A stretch of DNA of 64,000 bases, from NCBI GenBank assembly GCA_030248215.1, contig JASANG010001013.1:186001-250000 (forward strand). Reading direction: 5' to 3'. The translations under genes were made by a program, and so were the position numbers. Of this stretch, positions 50,601-64,000 are shown in pieces. The notes beneath the pieces are model-generated. The model ran no database searches. It had not been told where the DNA came from and was given only the letters and a program-made list of their open reading frames with translations. Each line of letters begins with the position of its first letter. Positions within the stretch are counted from its first letter, which is position 1. This DNA comes from Enoplolaimus lenunculus. Taxonomy: Eukaryota.

Positions 50601-53126
50601 AATTGCTGCAATTCCGCATCTCAAACTGTGCACAGAAGTAAAGTAAATCGAATGCAACAAATGTACTAAATTTCAAAACCTCGCCATTCTCTGGTTCAAA
50701 AATCACCAGACTTATCACTAATAATAGGGTGATACACACATTCGAGAATACGGGTTTAGATCCTACTTAACCATATTGGATTATATCCATTCGCGCACTC
50801 CAATAAAAGATAAATGGTAATGTTACTTTTAGGAGTGTCCGGTTTTGCAGAAGCAAGACACAGGAGTGTACTCGGGGCAAATTTATATACTCATGTCGAC
50901 AGCGTTACGGGCAGATGGGAAAATCGGACGGGCAGATGGGAAAATCGGACAGCTGCAAATTTTCACTAGGAAAACGGAAAAATGGGACATGCTTGCTTCA
51001 GGCAAATGAAAAACTTGACAGCTGCAATTTTTTGCTAGGATACGGTAAGACGGAACAGGGTTGTTTCGGTCAAATGGGAAAACAGGACAGCTGCAAATTT
51101 TCGCTGGGAAAACTTGACAATGGAACAGGCCTGTTTTGGGCAAACGGAAAACGAGACAACTGTAATTTTGCGCTGGGAAAACAGAAAAACAGGGTCACGC
51201 CCCTGAAAGTAACATGGGTCAGACAACTAAACTTTTAATTCAACGGATAATTTCAAAAACCGGACATATATCAGAAACAATGGGTAGCAGATGTATAGGA
51301 TAAAAATAAATAACAGTCCGTAACCGAATAACAGGGGTACCCTCCAGAGAGACCGAATAAATATTAGCTCCCCACTCATATTCGGGTCACTACAGTATTT
51401 ATAAATAAATAACAGTCCGTAACTGAGTAACAGGGATTTCCATCTGGAAAAGCCAAGTAAATATTAGTCTCTCTCTTATTCGGGTCACTACAGTATATCT
51501 GAACTTGTAGAAGATTATTAATGAATTAGTCTTTCTATAGAGCGGATAAAACTTCTTGAACATTTCAAATTATCGATAATAAATGATTATTAAAATTTAC
51601 AAAAACATAAAATTTTAAACCCTTTGACCGCCGCTTATTTAGTGAAAATATCACCTCATTTGAGGTATAAACAACACTTCGTCGTTAGCTTAAGAAGACA
51701 GAAACTTAGGTACTGAAATTAGCATTTTGTTTATTGTGATATAAACGTGAATTTTTCACTCTTTTCAGTTATTAATTAAGATGTAATTTACATATTAATT
51801 AGCTGTAACATCTCAAAATTAATACGCTTACCAGCTTAGCATAAACAAGTTTAAGAGCGCAGCCTATGGTGTCAAAATTACCAAGAGTCGAAAGGTGTCA
51901 TTAGCTGAAATTGTTTTAATATTTTATTAATATGTGTTTGCTGAAAATAATTAATTTACATACAAACTATAAATATCATGACTAATGTGCACATCTTTAA
52001 GCTAAATTCGTAGCTATGCTCACGGATAAAGTTGGATTTTTAGTACTGAATAAAGTTTGCCGAACCTGGCACAAAATGCGTGGTTTCCCCAGATGGTGTT
52101 TTTACCAGAGGCTTTGATCCGGTAAAAAATGCCGTGATAAACTGGTTAATATGCAAGAAACGGTTCAGTTGAAACCAAACCAAAACCAGATCGATTTCGA
52201 TTGGTGCAGGAAACTGGTACAGGCGTGTAGCCAGCACACCTTCCAAGGGGGGGCTAAAATTTTTTCAAGAGAGGCATTCATGGGTTTTCAATGAGCTAGA
52301 AGCAAGGTTGAACACTTGCTGGGTAGCCAAAATTTTTGCAGGGGTGGGGGCTGAGCCCGGCTGCCCCACTGCCCCACTCTTTGATAACGGAGAAATCTTT
52401 GTGAAGACGTCCCTTGAATCCAGTGTGGATTATGAGGTCTCCAACGACAACAAGGATATAAACTGCAAAGATTCACCGATTGCAATCCGTATGGATGATT
52501 GGTTGAAAACAAAGTTCAAATTTTAATATTGAAATTAGTGTTGAAAGCGCTGTCTGCCAACTAAAAATTGGTTATTTCAACAGTCACTAAATGACCCTTT
52601 AGACAAGAGTATGCAACTACAACGGCATTAATATCAGAAAATATTGGCGTTTTTTGCCTAAACATGGTCAAACCTAAAATTGAAGGATCGATGAAGTAGG
52701 CATCTTGAAAATATTTATTTATGACGCTTATTTGTTCAAGCTGGTACTTAGAAATATATTTGTCAAAATTCCTGAAGCACCCAATGGTACGTTTTGGTTC
52801 CACTCTGATTACTCGTCTGTAGGCCGAATCATACTTTTTAAAGGGGGAATGTCGATATACATACGTTATAAGAATATGAACGCTAAAATTCGAACTGTAG
52901 TATCTGATAAGAAATCTATATCGCGAAATTTAAAATTTTTAAATGGCTTAGAATACTCAACTTTGGTAAGTCGCATTCAAATATAAAAAAGTATAGATTA
53001 GTGCACATATACCGGAATATGAAGTTGTTGCAATCGACCGCATGGCGTAGTGATAGCATGCTTTGATTCAAGGCGTGGTACTTAATTTTGGGCAAACCTT
53101 CGAACAGGGACCGTACAGACCGAGTT

Positions 53127-53290
53127 CTGTAGGGACCCGAATAAGAGGAGAGACTGATATTTATTTAGCCTCGCTAGAGGGTACCCCCTGTTATTCGGTT
53201 ACGGACTGTGATTTATACTTAACCCACCATCCGCCACCCTTCGTTACTGATATATCCGGCATAGCAGCCATCCGTTGAATTAAACGTATA
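53127..53290. repeat. Unclassified dispersed repeat (about 165 bp)
   Basis: Reverse-complement copies at 47047-47214 and 51235-51396; partial copies at 51405-51495 and 44630-44690. Confidence 0.7.
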
Positions 53291-53882
53291 TTTTTCTTGT
53301 GTCATGAATGTGTTATAAGCAAGGTTGAAATTTTTCTAGGGAACGCAAAATTTTTCAAAGACGGGGTCCAGCCCCCTCTGACCCCCCGCCTTGGCTGCAA
53401 GCCCGCGGTCTTCTTGATTTGATTACAACTTTACACAATTAAATTGCGTAAATTTGAAAATATGGGCATTTTAAAACCTTCAAACAATATGTAGGAGTTT
53501 TAAAATATCACAAAGTTTAATTGACGAATGACGTTTAATTCCTTCGAGGGTCATTAGAAAGTTTGACAATCTTTATTAAAAATTAACAAACTCCATTTGC
53601 AGTCACAATTCGCGTTTTGAAATGCGACGGCGGAAACAACATTCATTTCAATTTTTAGCGATTTTTAAGTATGCCCTTATGGCATTTTAAGCGGATTTTG
53701 AACTATTTTTCAGAAAACATATTTTTACTCAAAACAAGCCAAGAACACTCAACTCAGAAGCTTCCACAAGTAAATTTATTCAAACTGTATTTTCTCTCAA
53801 GTCTACTAGGATTTGAAGATCTAAACCAGCGACGTACAGATGAAACTAAACTGGTTCGAACTGGCACTGAAACAAAAATGTC

Positions 53883-54020
53883 GGCCAATAACAGGGTCGT
53901 AACAGTAGTATAAGCGCATTACAAAAAGCCTAAATCGTAGCAAAAAATAGTCTAAAGCTTAAGCTTACTCAATTGTATTCTTACACGAAAAATGTTTCGC
54001 CTCTGATCTTCAAATTGGTC
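53883..54020. mobile_element. Family A MITE (internally deleted)
   Basis: GGCCAAT...ATTGGTC, TSD AAAATGTC/AAAATGTT. Confidence 0.7.
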
Positions 54021-57000
54021 AAAATGTTTAAAATATTAAGTAAAATTAGCTAATCACCAACGATCAATTAATGATACAGTTGTATGCATCAGATTGAATA
54101 GAAGATTGGGTTTGGCCGAAGATCGCATGGTTTGGTGGTCTCAGATACAAACCTAATCTAAAGGCGCTGTTAGTCATATTGAAAACTGATTTGTTATATT
54201 CTCAGAAACCTAAAAATTGGGCTTAGCTTAATGTTGACGCTGAATATTACGGATTTTGTTCGAGAGCACAATATGAAGCTTAAATTTCTAAGAATTGTAA
54301 GACAAGTATATTAATGAACTATGCTCTTGCTAAATATTAATTAACCTATATTAGCTATCGTTATATTTCTGGTTCAAAAACTTTGTTTTACTTAAATATT
54401 TCGATCATTAAACCGATTATATCTTCTAGTACTGATTTACTTTCAATAAATTGAACAAATTTGATCAAGTGAAAATAATTTATAAAGTAAACCAGCTGAA
54501 TCTGCGATATTCTTGCAGTTGCGGACAGTAAAATCTCGTGGTTTTAATCCGATTAAGAAACGATGTCAAAGTGTTTTGATACTCAAGCGATTCATTTTGG
54601 AGTTTGTCCTTTGTACAAAAATGTGTTTTTAAACATACTCTTTGACGTAACAAAAATTCGTTTGATAATTATGTTAATTACTATGATGCTTACGGTAGAA
54701 TATAGTATCATCCAGGGCGAAAAAATAGACAAAGATCAATCTAACCTAGCCCGAATCTATATTTTGTAACAAGGTCAACCGGGGCATAGTTCTAAGCCTA
54801 AGCCTAAGCGTAAGAATGAGCACATTACTACTAAGCCTAAGCCTAAGCCAAGCAAAAAAATAGTCTATAACTTAAGCTTACTCTTTTCTAGTCCCACAGA
54901 AAAACGTTTTGCCTCTATCTTTATATATATCGGCCACTATTTCAATATACAGAAAATTCCGGAAGATGCGATTGAACGGCTATAAAGCATCGGCTGTCAG
55001 CACAGAATAGTGTGTGGAAACGAAACACACAGGACATCATTGCTTCAATTTATTCAAAAATAGAATATCTTCAAAATTATTTGGGGGGACACGGTCACAT
55101 TGCACCCCTGGCTACGCACCTGTAAATTGTTTAATATTTAATATAAAAGGTCACGTCCAGATCGACTTTGGTTTTATCGAAATCATTATTGCTGCATAAC
55201 CCATTGACACATGAATATTTTCAGTTTTAACAATTTCAATCTGTTAATTGAACACCGGATCTTCGGATGGGGGTAATTTATCATCCACAGTCGACAAAGT
55301 GTTTGACGCTCATATCTAAGAGGGCTGTCATGTCTTGTGTTTTAGTTTGGAAACTATACGTCAACGAGTTGTACGGGTGACAAATTGTCGTAGGTTCCTG
55401 CTTTTGTTGGGCCTAACAACATCTTGTTCCGAAAAAAATTATAATCTGATGAATTTTTGATCTATGACAATTTACGGCCAGTATTCTTAAATGTGTACAG
55501 TAACCATCATCAGTTAGTAATACGTTTTCAAACTCACTAACTATTGCAGTCGTTCAACTATCCAACATTGGTGCATCGTACAACAAATCATGCAAAAAAT
55601 GTGCAATATTTCTTGAATACAAGACAGTTGATTTTGTAGGTTGAAATACCAGAAATTCGGTTACGCATATTTAATGTCAAAATTCGTTATAAATCACGTA
55701 TATCTTACAGTTATTTAAAAATTACGGTATATCAACCATTTTTCTTAATTTTAGAAAACCCGGTGAATATTTGCACGTCTTTAATTGTGTTGCCAGAATT
55801 ATATAAAACAACTTTGAAACTTTTATACTTCAGTATCTGCTTTCGATTTCGGTTATTTTTTTATATCCGTTTACATCCTGATCCTAACCATTTTAACCTG
55901 TTGCCACAATAATTTACACATATTGTCATCAGCTCGCGCGCAAACATGTGGCCGGCCATAAAAAGATGTTATGAACTCTGCATTTATTTGGTATAATTAT
56001 TAATTTATTACTTGAAGTTTGACCAATGGGAATACGACAACTCATTGACTTAACATTCGTCGACCATCAAATCAGAATTCTCGTCGACTCGACAATTTGT
56101 TGCCCGTCGATATCGATTGGCTATTTTTCTGTCGACAAGTTGTCTGGCCGACAAATTGTAACCAGAGTTACCTATGCACCCAACTTATCTGGTTTGAAGA
56201 TTAAATACTTAAAAATAAACATCTTATATACATGCGTTTTATTTAAACTCAGCAGCAAGGCCTGACGCCAAAAAATACGATAATTTATAAAGTCATGAGC
56301 CTAAGCACATTTGAAGTCTCAAATTTATTTTAAGCTTTAGGGTCCGTATTCTCAAATTTGTATAGCACCTATCACCAATTGGTGCTACGTCTTGTAACTT
56401 TTGAACCAGTGAATGGTATGGCTCAAAATTCACTTTCATTCTGAATCTTGAAATGAATTTAAATAACTATTGTACAGAGGACTGTAATACATATAAACTA
56501 TAGCTATAAATATCACTTCAGCCAATGATAACGAATTAATTCAATTTATAAAATTACTCATACCTATTAATTAATTCTTTTTGCAGCTGCAAGTTCGTCG
56601 AATTAAATTTGAAAAAACTTGCAAGCGACAAGTTTTAAAACTGAAAAACAAATCCCGTCATATTAATCGCTGCAGACTGCGAATTATAAAATCAAGTTTC
56701 ATATTTGATTTCATTCAAGCTCCTTGAATAAATAATGCCAAACTGAATTAATTCAGCAGCACTCAAAAACATGTCTTCCGATTGGCCAATCAAAATGCAA
56801 CTGCAAGAAATTCAAACGACTTGCAACTGCGTTCACACGTGTGAATTAAACTTAATAGCACAAATTCCAGTAATTAATTAACATCTGCAAAAACTTCAAA
56901 GCTGTTTTGTGACCAAACTTTTTTGCACGTGCAACAATTGTGAATAAGTCTTTACTGTTGTTATTTGTGGTTGTTGTTATCAAAACAATATTTAGTTAAT

Positions 57001-58093
57001 ATCAATTGAGTTCAACTGCGGTTTAAACCGACCACAGGCGATTGTGAAAATTTTTCACCTCAGGGAAAAAGTGTCTGCTATTATTATTTAGACGAGACAG
57101 ACATTTACGTATTCGCTTTCTAATTTTTGAATTAAAATTTTAAAAACCTGGTTATACTTCGAGTATCACTTGATTATTATATTTAAAAACAAACGAACAC
57201 AAACATTATTACAGCAGGAAATGAGGGTTTTTGGCATATCGCTGAAAACCATGCTGCAAGCAAATTTAAATTATTTAAATTTGATACTCAAAATTTTAAC
57301 TATTTTGTGTACTTTTCAACTAAATAGTTTAACCTGTAACAAATTAAACTGGCAGTATTTGCCATAAGGCATGAAAGAGACCGTTTTGAAGTTATAAATC
57401 TGTTATAAAATAAACACTTCCACAGACTTTAGAATAAATTATTTTTACATTATATCTATAATACAACATTTAATGTATTAAAAGTTGGGCATTACACTGT
57501 AAATTTCAGTGAGTTGATTTTAACTCAGAATGAGTTTAATCACTCAGTCTGAGTTAGGACTATCAGAACTCAAAATATTGAGTTGATTCAATTCATTCTG
57601 AGTTAATTAATCAACTCACCCAGAGTCAACTCAACTCAGAGTGAGTTAAAGTTTGCTGTTATTAACTCAGAAATAGCTAACGTTCCGTCTGAGTCGCAAC
57701 TGAAAACAGATTTCAATTCGCGTGCTGGTTTGGCTTGAACTCAGAGCCAGTTAATGTTTACTGAGATTTAATTCAGTAATAACCAACTCGCTAGCTGAAT
57801 TGATTAATCAACTCATTCGAATTTACCGTTCAGTAGAAGTTAAACATTAGACGTCGGTTAAGACAAACGCATAGGTAAGGGTTGTGCTATACTCGCCACG
57901 GCGCCAGGTGTCCTTTACAGTAAAGTATAGCGTAACCTTTAGCCTTTTCGTAGGCTAAAGTGAAGATGTGTGAGCAAAAGCGCCCGAGAGACAAATTTTC
58001 TAAAGAATGTCAAAAATCTATACGTAGTTAATAGAAAGGTTTTTGATTATTAAATTTTGTACGACTTGGTGGTCAGCTGTTCTAATAACCGTA

Positions 58094-58350
58094 CACTGTA
58101 AATTCCAATGCGTTGCTTTATCAATTCAGCGAGCGAGTTGGTTTATTTCTGAATTAATATCAGTAAACATTAACCCACTCTATGAGCTGCGTTAATTGTT
58201 ACTCTGCGTTGAGTTGGCTCAGGGTGAGGTGATTAATTATAACTCAGAATGAATTGAATCAACTTAAAATTTTGACTTGTGATAGTCCAAACTCAAATTG
58301 AGTTATTAAACTCATTCTAAGTTAAAGTAAACTCACTGAAATTTGCAGCG
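58094..58350. mobile_element. Tc1/mariner-type MITE (TIR CACTGTAAATTYCARTGAGTTG, TA TSD)
   Basis: TA|CACTGTAAATT...AATTTGCAGCG|TA. Other copies at 41727-41977, 42786-42995, 45945-46185, 49313-49538 and 57495-57828; partial copies near 7150-7305, 9150-9311, 42540-42728, 44500-44626 and 60838. Confidence 0.78.
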
Positions 58351-58650
58351 TATACCTGGTATACGAATAATTCTTTACGCTGGTATTTTGCACGAAATTG
58401 CAAAATTTTCTCAAAATGTCTTAAAATGTTTGTTTGTTTGTTTTACATATATTTTTTGCTTGAAAATAAGGTGTCAAAGTATAAATAGGTCAATATGTCA
58501 TCGGCCTGTTGGATTTGTGTCGAAATTAATTTTTTTATTCTGAGAAAATTACAACAAATTTATAGCATCAACGTTTAAAAATTTTAATTTTTACTGTAAA
58601 GTCACTGTTTTATGGTGTTTGTCAGACTTTGTCCAAACGTCGCTTTTTTG

Positions 58651-59352
58651 AATCAGCGAATCAAAATTCAGTAGTGGTTACATTTTTGGGCAAACCAGCT
58701 TTTTAATGCCTGATTTCAGAATGGTGCAAAAGTGTATATTTAATCAGCGAATCAAAATTCAGTAGTGCTTATATTTTTTGGACAAACCACATTTTTAATG
58801 CCTGATTGCAGAATGGTGCAAACGTCTTTTTTAATCAGCGAATCAAAATTCAGTAGTGGGGCAAACCACCTTTTTAATGCCTGATTGCAGAATTGTGAAA
58901 AGTGTTTATTTAATCAGCGAATCAAAATTCAGTAGTGGTTACATTTTTTGGGCAAACCACCTTTTTAATGCCTGATTGCAGAATTGTGAAAAGTGTTTAT
59001 TTAATCAGCGAATCAAAATTCAGTAGTGGTTACATTTTTTGTGCAAACCACCTTTTTAATGCCTGATTGCAGAATTGTAAAATTTATTAACTAATCAAAT
59101 CAACAAAAATTAGTATTTTTTTTTTTTTCCCACCACCTTCTTTTTTAATTCCTGAATTTGAATAGTAATATTTTTTATTAGAAAATTTAGTGGTTACATT
59201 TTTTGGGCAAACCACATTTTTAATGCCTGATTGCAGAATTGTGAAGTGTTTATTTAATCAGCGAATCAAAATTCAGTAGTGGTTACATTTTTTGGGCAAA
59301 CCAGCTTTTTAATGCCTGATTGCAGAATGGTGCAAACGTCTTTTTTAATCAG
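58651..59352. repeat. Tandem repeat, about 90-bp unit, 7-8 copies
   Basis: AATCAGCGAATCAAAATTCAGTAGTGG...GCCTGATTGCAGAAT recurs at about 58652, 58742, 58834, 58912, 59003 and 59257. Confidence 0.92.
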
Positions 59353-60179
59353 TGATGCACACTTATTATATATTGAAAAGTTAGACAATGTTGCTTTAAA
59401 TGGTTCCGAATACTGACTGAATTACCTTCTATTTTTCTGTTTCTGGCGAAAATTTTGCCTAAATATATTCATAAGTACAAATAATTCGAACTTCAGATTT
59501 TTGTATCATATGATACGCTACAGGACATTCAGACTAATTTATCACAACTTTGCAGACATTTTTGAACAAGCCACATGATACTGACGGACAATATCTCGAA
59601 TATTATATGATATTGCAGTATATACTAGTGAAGGGCACATCAGGATAGCAGACAATTCAAATTTTTTGAATTTGTTAGCGGGTCAACGTACAGACAAAAT
59701 GTTACTCGCTATAGTAATAGGGACAAACCATGTTGCTGGATGCCCCAGCTGTAACGTGGATCCCGTATTAACATGGACATCGGAAACAACGAATGTTTTG
59801 AAAAATATAACACAGTTATTGTTAGAATATTTTACAAAGTTTAAATTTTAAAAAATGTTTCCAATAATTTATTTGGCGTATTTTGTGATAATTATTCAAT
59901 GTAAGCATAGAACAATATTCATTCTGTATATAACAGCAGATATGATTGCAAGCTCGCTAGTCTCTCAGCTTAATGCCTAATCCTTTCTCACATGAAAATT
60001 TGCTATTTCGCATAAGAGCTAATTTCAAGCCTGAATTCGAATCGCCGCCTCAGGGTAACAGGCGTTTACCGTCATCATTCAGCAATAAAAGCTTGAAGCT
60101 CGAGCCCAAGGGACCTGGGGCGCCTGACGTCATGTGGTGATTGCGCAAAGCGCATACGCGTTCAATTGTTAAATGTTGC

Positions 60180-60420
60180 GGCCAATGTATAGAACAGGGG
60201 CGGAACAGTATTATAAGCATATCTGTAAGCCGAAGCCTGAGCCTTAAGCGTAAGCCTAAGCGTAAGAATGAATTTATTCCTAAGCCTAAGCCTGAGCGTA
60301 AAGATGAGCCTATTTCTAAGCCTAAGCCTAAGTCAAGCAAAAAAAATTAGTTCTAAAGCTTAAAATTACTCTATTGCAGTCCAACAGAAAAACGTTCCGC
60401 CCCTGATCTTTACATGGGCC
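60180..60420. mobile_element. Family A telomere-repeat MITE
   Basis: GGCCAATGTATAGAACAGGGGCGGAAC...GTTCCGCCCCTGATCTTTACATGGGCC. Confidence 0.87.
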
Positions 60421-60540
60421 AACATTTGCGTACAGTGTGTTAAATCATGTCGTATACAGATTGCTTTAAGCTTTCACCGTCTACGATATGTTAAAATCGA
60501 TTATTGACAGTACTTGAAAAGTCTTTTCCATTAAATTTTG

Positions 60541-60723
60541 AGCCAATGTTACTTTTAGGGCCGTAACAGTAGATTAAGCGTATTCCTAAGCCTAAGCCTA
60601 AGCGTTGCAAAAGTGTGTTCTTAAGCCTAAGCCTAAGCAAAGACAATGTAATCTAGAATGTAAAGCCTACTCTTTTACAGACCCAACAGATACCGAGACG
60701 GCCCTAAAACTACAACATAGGCC
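60541..60723. mobile_element. Family A MITE, GCCCTAAAA subfamily
   Basis: AGCCAATGTTACTTTTAGGGCCGT...ACGGCCCTAAAACTACAACATAGGCC with a perfect 8-bp TSD AAATTTTG. Confidence 0.83.
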
Positions 60724-61232
60724 AAATTTTGATTTAAATATGAAAATATAACGTAGTGTAAGTATGATAATTCACTCTTGACAAACCGATAAATGAATTG
60801 AAATGCACGCAAATGTTTGCCTTGAGGATCATATGGCACACTGTAAATTCCAATGAGTTAATTAATGAACTCAAAGAACGAATTGGTCATTTCTCGTTAT
60901 TTCTTGGTTAATAAGGATAAACATCGTCTCATTCTGAACGATGCATTTTAAATCAGAGCTAAAACGTTTAAATTTTAATATTTCAGGTACAAACGCGGAA
61001 CCGTCAGCAATTTCTACACCAAAACGAGCTAAACTGATTCGGTTAAGTGCGTTGTTGTTTTACAGCATTGAGTATTTTTACTGAAAAATATGCTATAAAG
61101 TTTATTGTGTTAAAATTAAAATGGCTCGGGTCAACAGAAACGCCAAAAGTACAAAACAGGACACTGGTGCCATGCATGGTTTCTGGGTTAAAGTTGGGAG
61201 AATTTTAAACAGATCAAAGTTAGGGGTCGAAA

Positions 61233-62072
61233 TTTTCAAAGGGTCAAAATTTTGACAATTTTAAAAGGGTCAAAATTTGGTTAAATTTTAAAAGGATCAA
61301 ATTTTGACAATTTTAAAAGGGTCAAAATTTGGTTAAATTTTAAAGGGATCAAATTTTGACAATTTTAAAAGGGTCAAAATTTGGTTAAATTTTAAAAGGA
61401 TCAAATTTTGACAATTTTAAAAGGGTCAAAATTTTGACAATTTTAAAAGGGACAAAATTTTGACAATTTTAAAAGGGTCAAAATTTGGTTAAATTTTAAA
61501 AGGATCAAATTTTGACAATTTTAAAAGGGTCAAAATTTGGTTAAATTTTAAAAGGATCAAATTTTGACAATTTTAAAAGGGTCAAAATTTTGACAATTTT
61601 AAAAGGGTCAAAATTTTGACAATTTTAAAAGGGTCAAAATTTTGACAATTTTAAAAGGGTCAAAATTTTGACAATTTTAAAAGGGTCAAAATTTGGTTAA
61701 ACTTTAAAAGGATCAAATTTTGACAATTTTAAAAGGGTCAAAATTTGGTTAAATTTTAAAAGGATCAAATTTTGACAATTTTAAAAGGGTCAAAATTTTG
61801 ACAATTTTAAAAGGGACAAAATTTTGACAATTTTAAAAGGGTCAAAATTTGGTTAAATTTTAAAAGGATCAAATTTTGAGAATTTTAAAAGGGTCAAAAT
61901 TTGGTTAAACTTTAAAAGGATCAAATTTTGACAATTTTAAAAGGGTCAAAATTTTGACAATTTTAAAAGGGTCAAAATTTTGACAATTTTAAAAGGGTCA
62001 AAATTTTCACAATTTTAAAAGTGTCAAAATTTGGCTAAATTTTAAAGGGATCAAATTTTGACAATTTTAAAA
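61233..62072. repeat. Satellite with a 26-bp palindromic monomer and a 52-bp dimer variant, about 32 monomers
   Basis: TTTTAAAAGGGTCAAAATTTTGACAA (26 bp) is interspersed with a 27+25-bp pair. Confidence 0.95.
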
Positions 62073-62898
62073 CTGGTTTAGAGTTGCGCTATGCTTTACT
62101 GTACTGGACGCTGCCGCGTGCGCACCGAACACCCATATATGCGTTGCTAACAAAAATATAGGCAAAATGTATTTGGGTAATGCTGTGTTTGTCGGGGCGC
62201 GAGAAGTACATATATAGCGCAATCCTAATATTCGTTACGTATTATATATACATATAAAATATAAAATATATATTTAGTTTTTTAAATTGCGCGATATACC
62301 CTAAATTTGACCCGAGTCACGGCTCGAGGGTCGCATTCCTAACGCCGCTGGCATGTTTTGCGGCTCACAACCGGTAAAGGTTACTCTAAAAAGGATGGGC
62401 CCATACCTAAACAGGGTCGTAGCCAGGACTTCATTTTGGATTTCGTCTACAAGTTTTTTCGCCAGCCCGTCCAGCGAGCGAGAACATTTTTTTATCTCTG
62501 CGAGTTATTCTACAGCCGGTACAAGTGCGTTTTCACAAGTTAGCACAACATTGTGGGAATTATATACCCAAATTGACCCTGAACGCTGCTATGGATGTCG
62601 TCGCGGTTAAGTGGCAAAATTCCGTGCTGGACGGCATCGGCCGAATACGGATGACGCCGGCCGGCGCCTGATTTGTTTGTAGTATTTCTTTTAGGAGCTG
62701 TTCAGTTTTGTGTCAATAATCCAATTTTCTACTCACCGTCACAGTCAATTTCAACGTCCTCAGAGGGGGCCCAAATATAATTTCAGAGACGAAACGCGGT
62801 ATTTTCTATGATTTAGTAACGTTTTTTGAACTAATTTTCATAGAACAGCTGAATAAATACGATTATTCAAATTTCAACAACCGTTTTATATCAATATT

Positions 62899-63071
62899 GA
62901 CCCACGTAAAAGATCAGGGGCGTGGGCTATTTTTCCGCAGGACTGCAACAGAGTAAAAGCTTAAAAGTTTAACGCTATTTTTTGCTCAGGTATACGTTTT
63001 TGTTTACGCTTAGGCTTTGCGCTTAGGAATGTGTTTACACTACTGCTATGGTCATGTTTTATACATTGACC
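62899..63071. mobile_element. Family A MITE (diverged)
   Basis: Diverged TIRs and TTAGGC remnants. Confidence 0.65.
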
Positions 63072-63274
63072 TTATAATATTGAACAAACCAGCTTTAATT
63101 TCAGATCCCGCAATCAATTTGTGGCCAGTCGAAAATTTGCCGAAAATCAACGGTGTCGCAGATTGCAGATGTCAGCGCAAACGTTGCAGTTGACTATGGG
63201 ATCGATTTTGGAAGCTAAAAGTAACTACTGCGTTTGGGTTTTGGCTAAAGCAAACTTTATTGCAACTGCAAGAT

Positions 63275-63443
63275 CGGGCCTGTAGCAAGGGGGGGCAGGA
63301 TGACTCAGCTCCTCTTGAAATAATTTGGCCCTACTTTGAAAATTTTCAACATTGCTTGCAAGTCATTAAAAATCCTTGAATGCCCTCTTGAAAATTTTTT
63401 AGCTTCCCCTCTCGTCTAGCAAGGTGAGCTGGCTACGAGTCTA
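63275..63443. mobile_element. hAT-like MITE
   Basis: CGGGCCTGTAGC...GCTACGAGTCTA with a perfect 8-bp TSD TGCAAGAT. Confidence 0.78.
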
Positions 63444-64000
63444 TGCAAGATTTAATCTGGCAAGGTTCGAGTTGATGTTGCCTGCAACTAAAGAAAAAAG
63501 GCAGCGATTAACTGTTGTACTTCTTTTGGCTGTGAGCGAAAAAGCAATCTACTGCAAATGTAATGTCATTTTGACGAGTTCAGATGTTCAATACTGTGGG
63601 ACATTTATGCCATAATCATATGATATTCCAAAATCATATTCAATATGATAAGCAGTAAAAAAGGTGTTGTTAGCCAATAGCGTAACAGCATTAAAACTTA
63701 CGCCGAAATGCCGCTTTTTTATTGGTTTAGCATTCAATTGTCCTACTAACCGAAATCAAAAGATTCAAAGCTTTCCAACTTTAGTTCGATTCAACGGAAT
63801 ACAAATCAACGAACGCGAAACGTATTCGGCAAAACGATCATCAGAAATAACCAACTGCGCAATATTGTGCAAAAACAATACAGGTCAGCAATTAGAACCA
63901 GTTGTGTATATGTAATTAATTTTGAATTTTTTAAAATAAATCATTTTTTTACTTAGGCTTTAAGCTTAAACTTTAACTAAACTGGCTTAAAGTATAAGCT

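Noticed and set aside
52381..52440. Cadherin-like GEIFVKTSL..DYE peptide on the plus strand
   Set aside because: Too short, with wrong spacing and no other cadherin motifs.
58651..59352. CRISPR-like array with 90-bp period
   Set aside because: The whole unit repeats and there are no variable spacers.
61233..62072. CRISPR-like palindromic repeat array
   Set aside because: No unique spacers, no cas genes and a eukaryotic context; it is a satellite.

Overview
AT-rich, repeat-dense animal DNA, most likely from a nematode. This rests on abundant TTAGGC/GCCTAA telomere-type hexamers, TTTCAG splice acceptors and an FMRFamide-type GPCR. Three things dominate the window. (1) A very recent, full-length BEL/Pao LTR retrotransposon on the minus strand (about 28158-35322; LTRs identical over 146 bp, tRNA-Tyr-type PBS, gag-pro-RT-RH-IN). 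In the slot normally used by env it carries an extra ORF that reads as a NADAR/YbiA-like domain fused to an SGNH/GDSL hydrolase with an intact Ser-Asp-His triad. This ORF is split only by two 1-nt homopolymer slips and is the most notable finding. (2) A two-exon FMRFamide-receptor-like GPCR (18280-16433 + 15723-15151) with a very large N/Q-rich second extracellular loop, plus a candidate small secreted Cys-rich gene near 10.8 kb. (3) Many non-autonomous elements: about 20 copies of a telomere-repeat-carrying TIR element with GG ends and 8-9 bp TSDs (Merlin-like), hAT-, Harbinger-, piggyBac- and Tc1/mariner-like MITEs, tRNA-derived units, Helitron-like ends and several tandem arrays. All domain and family calls come from reading motifs by eye; no database search was run.
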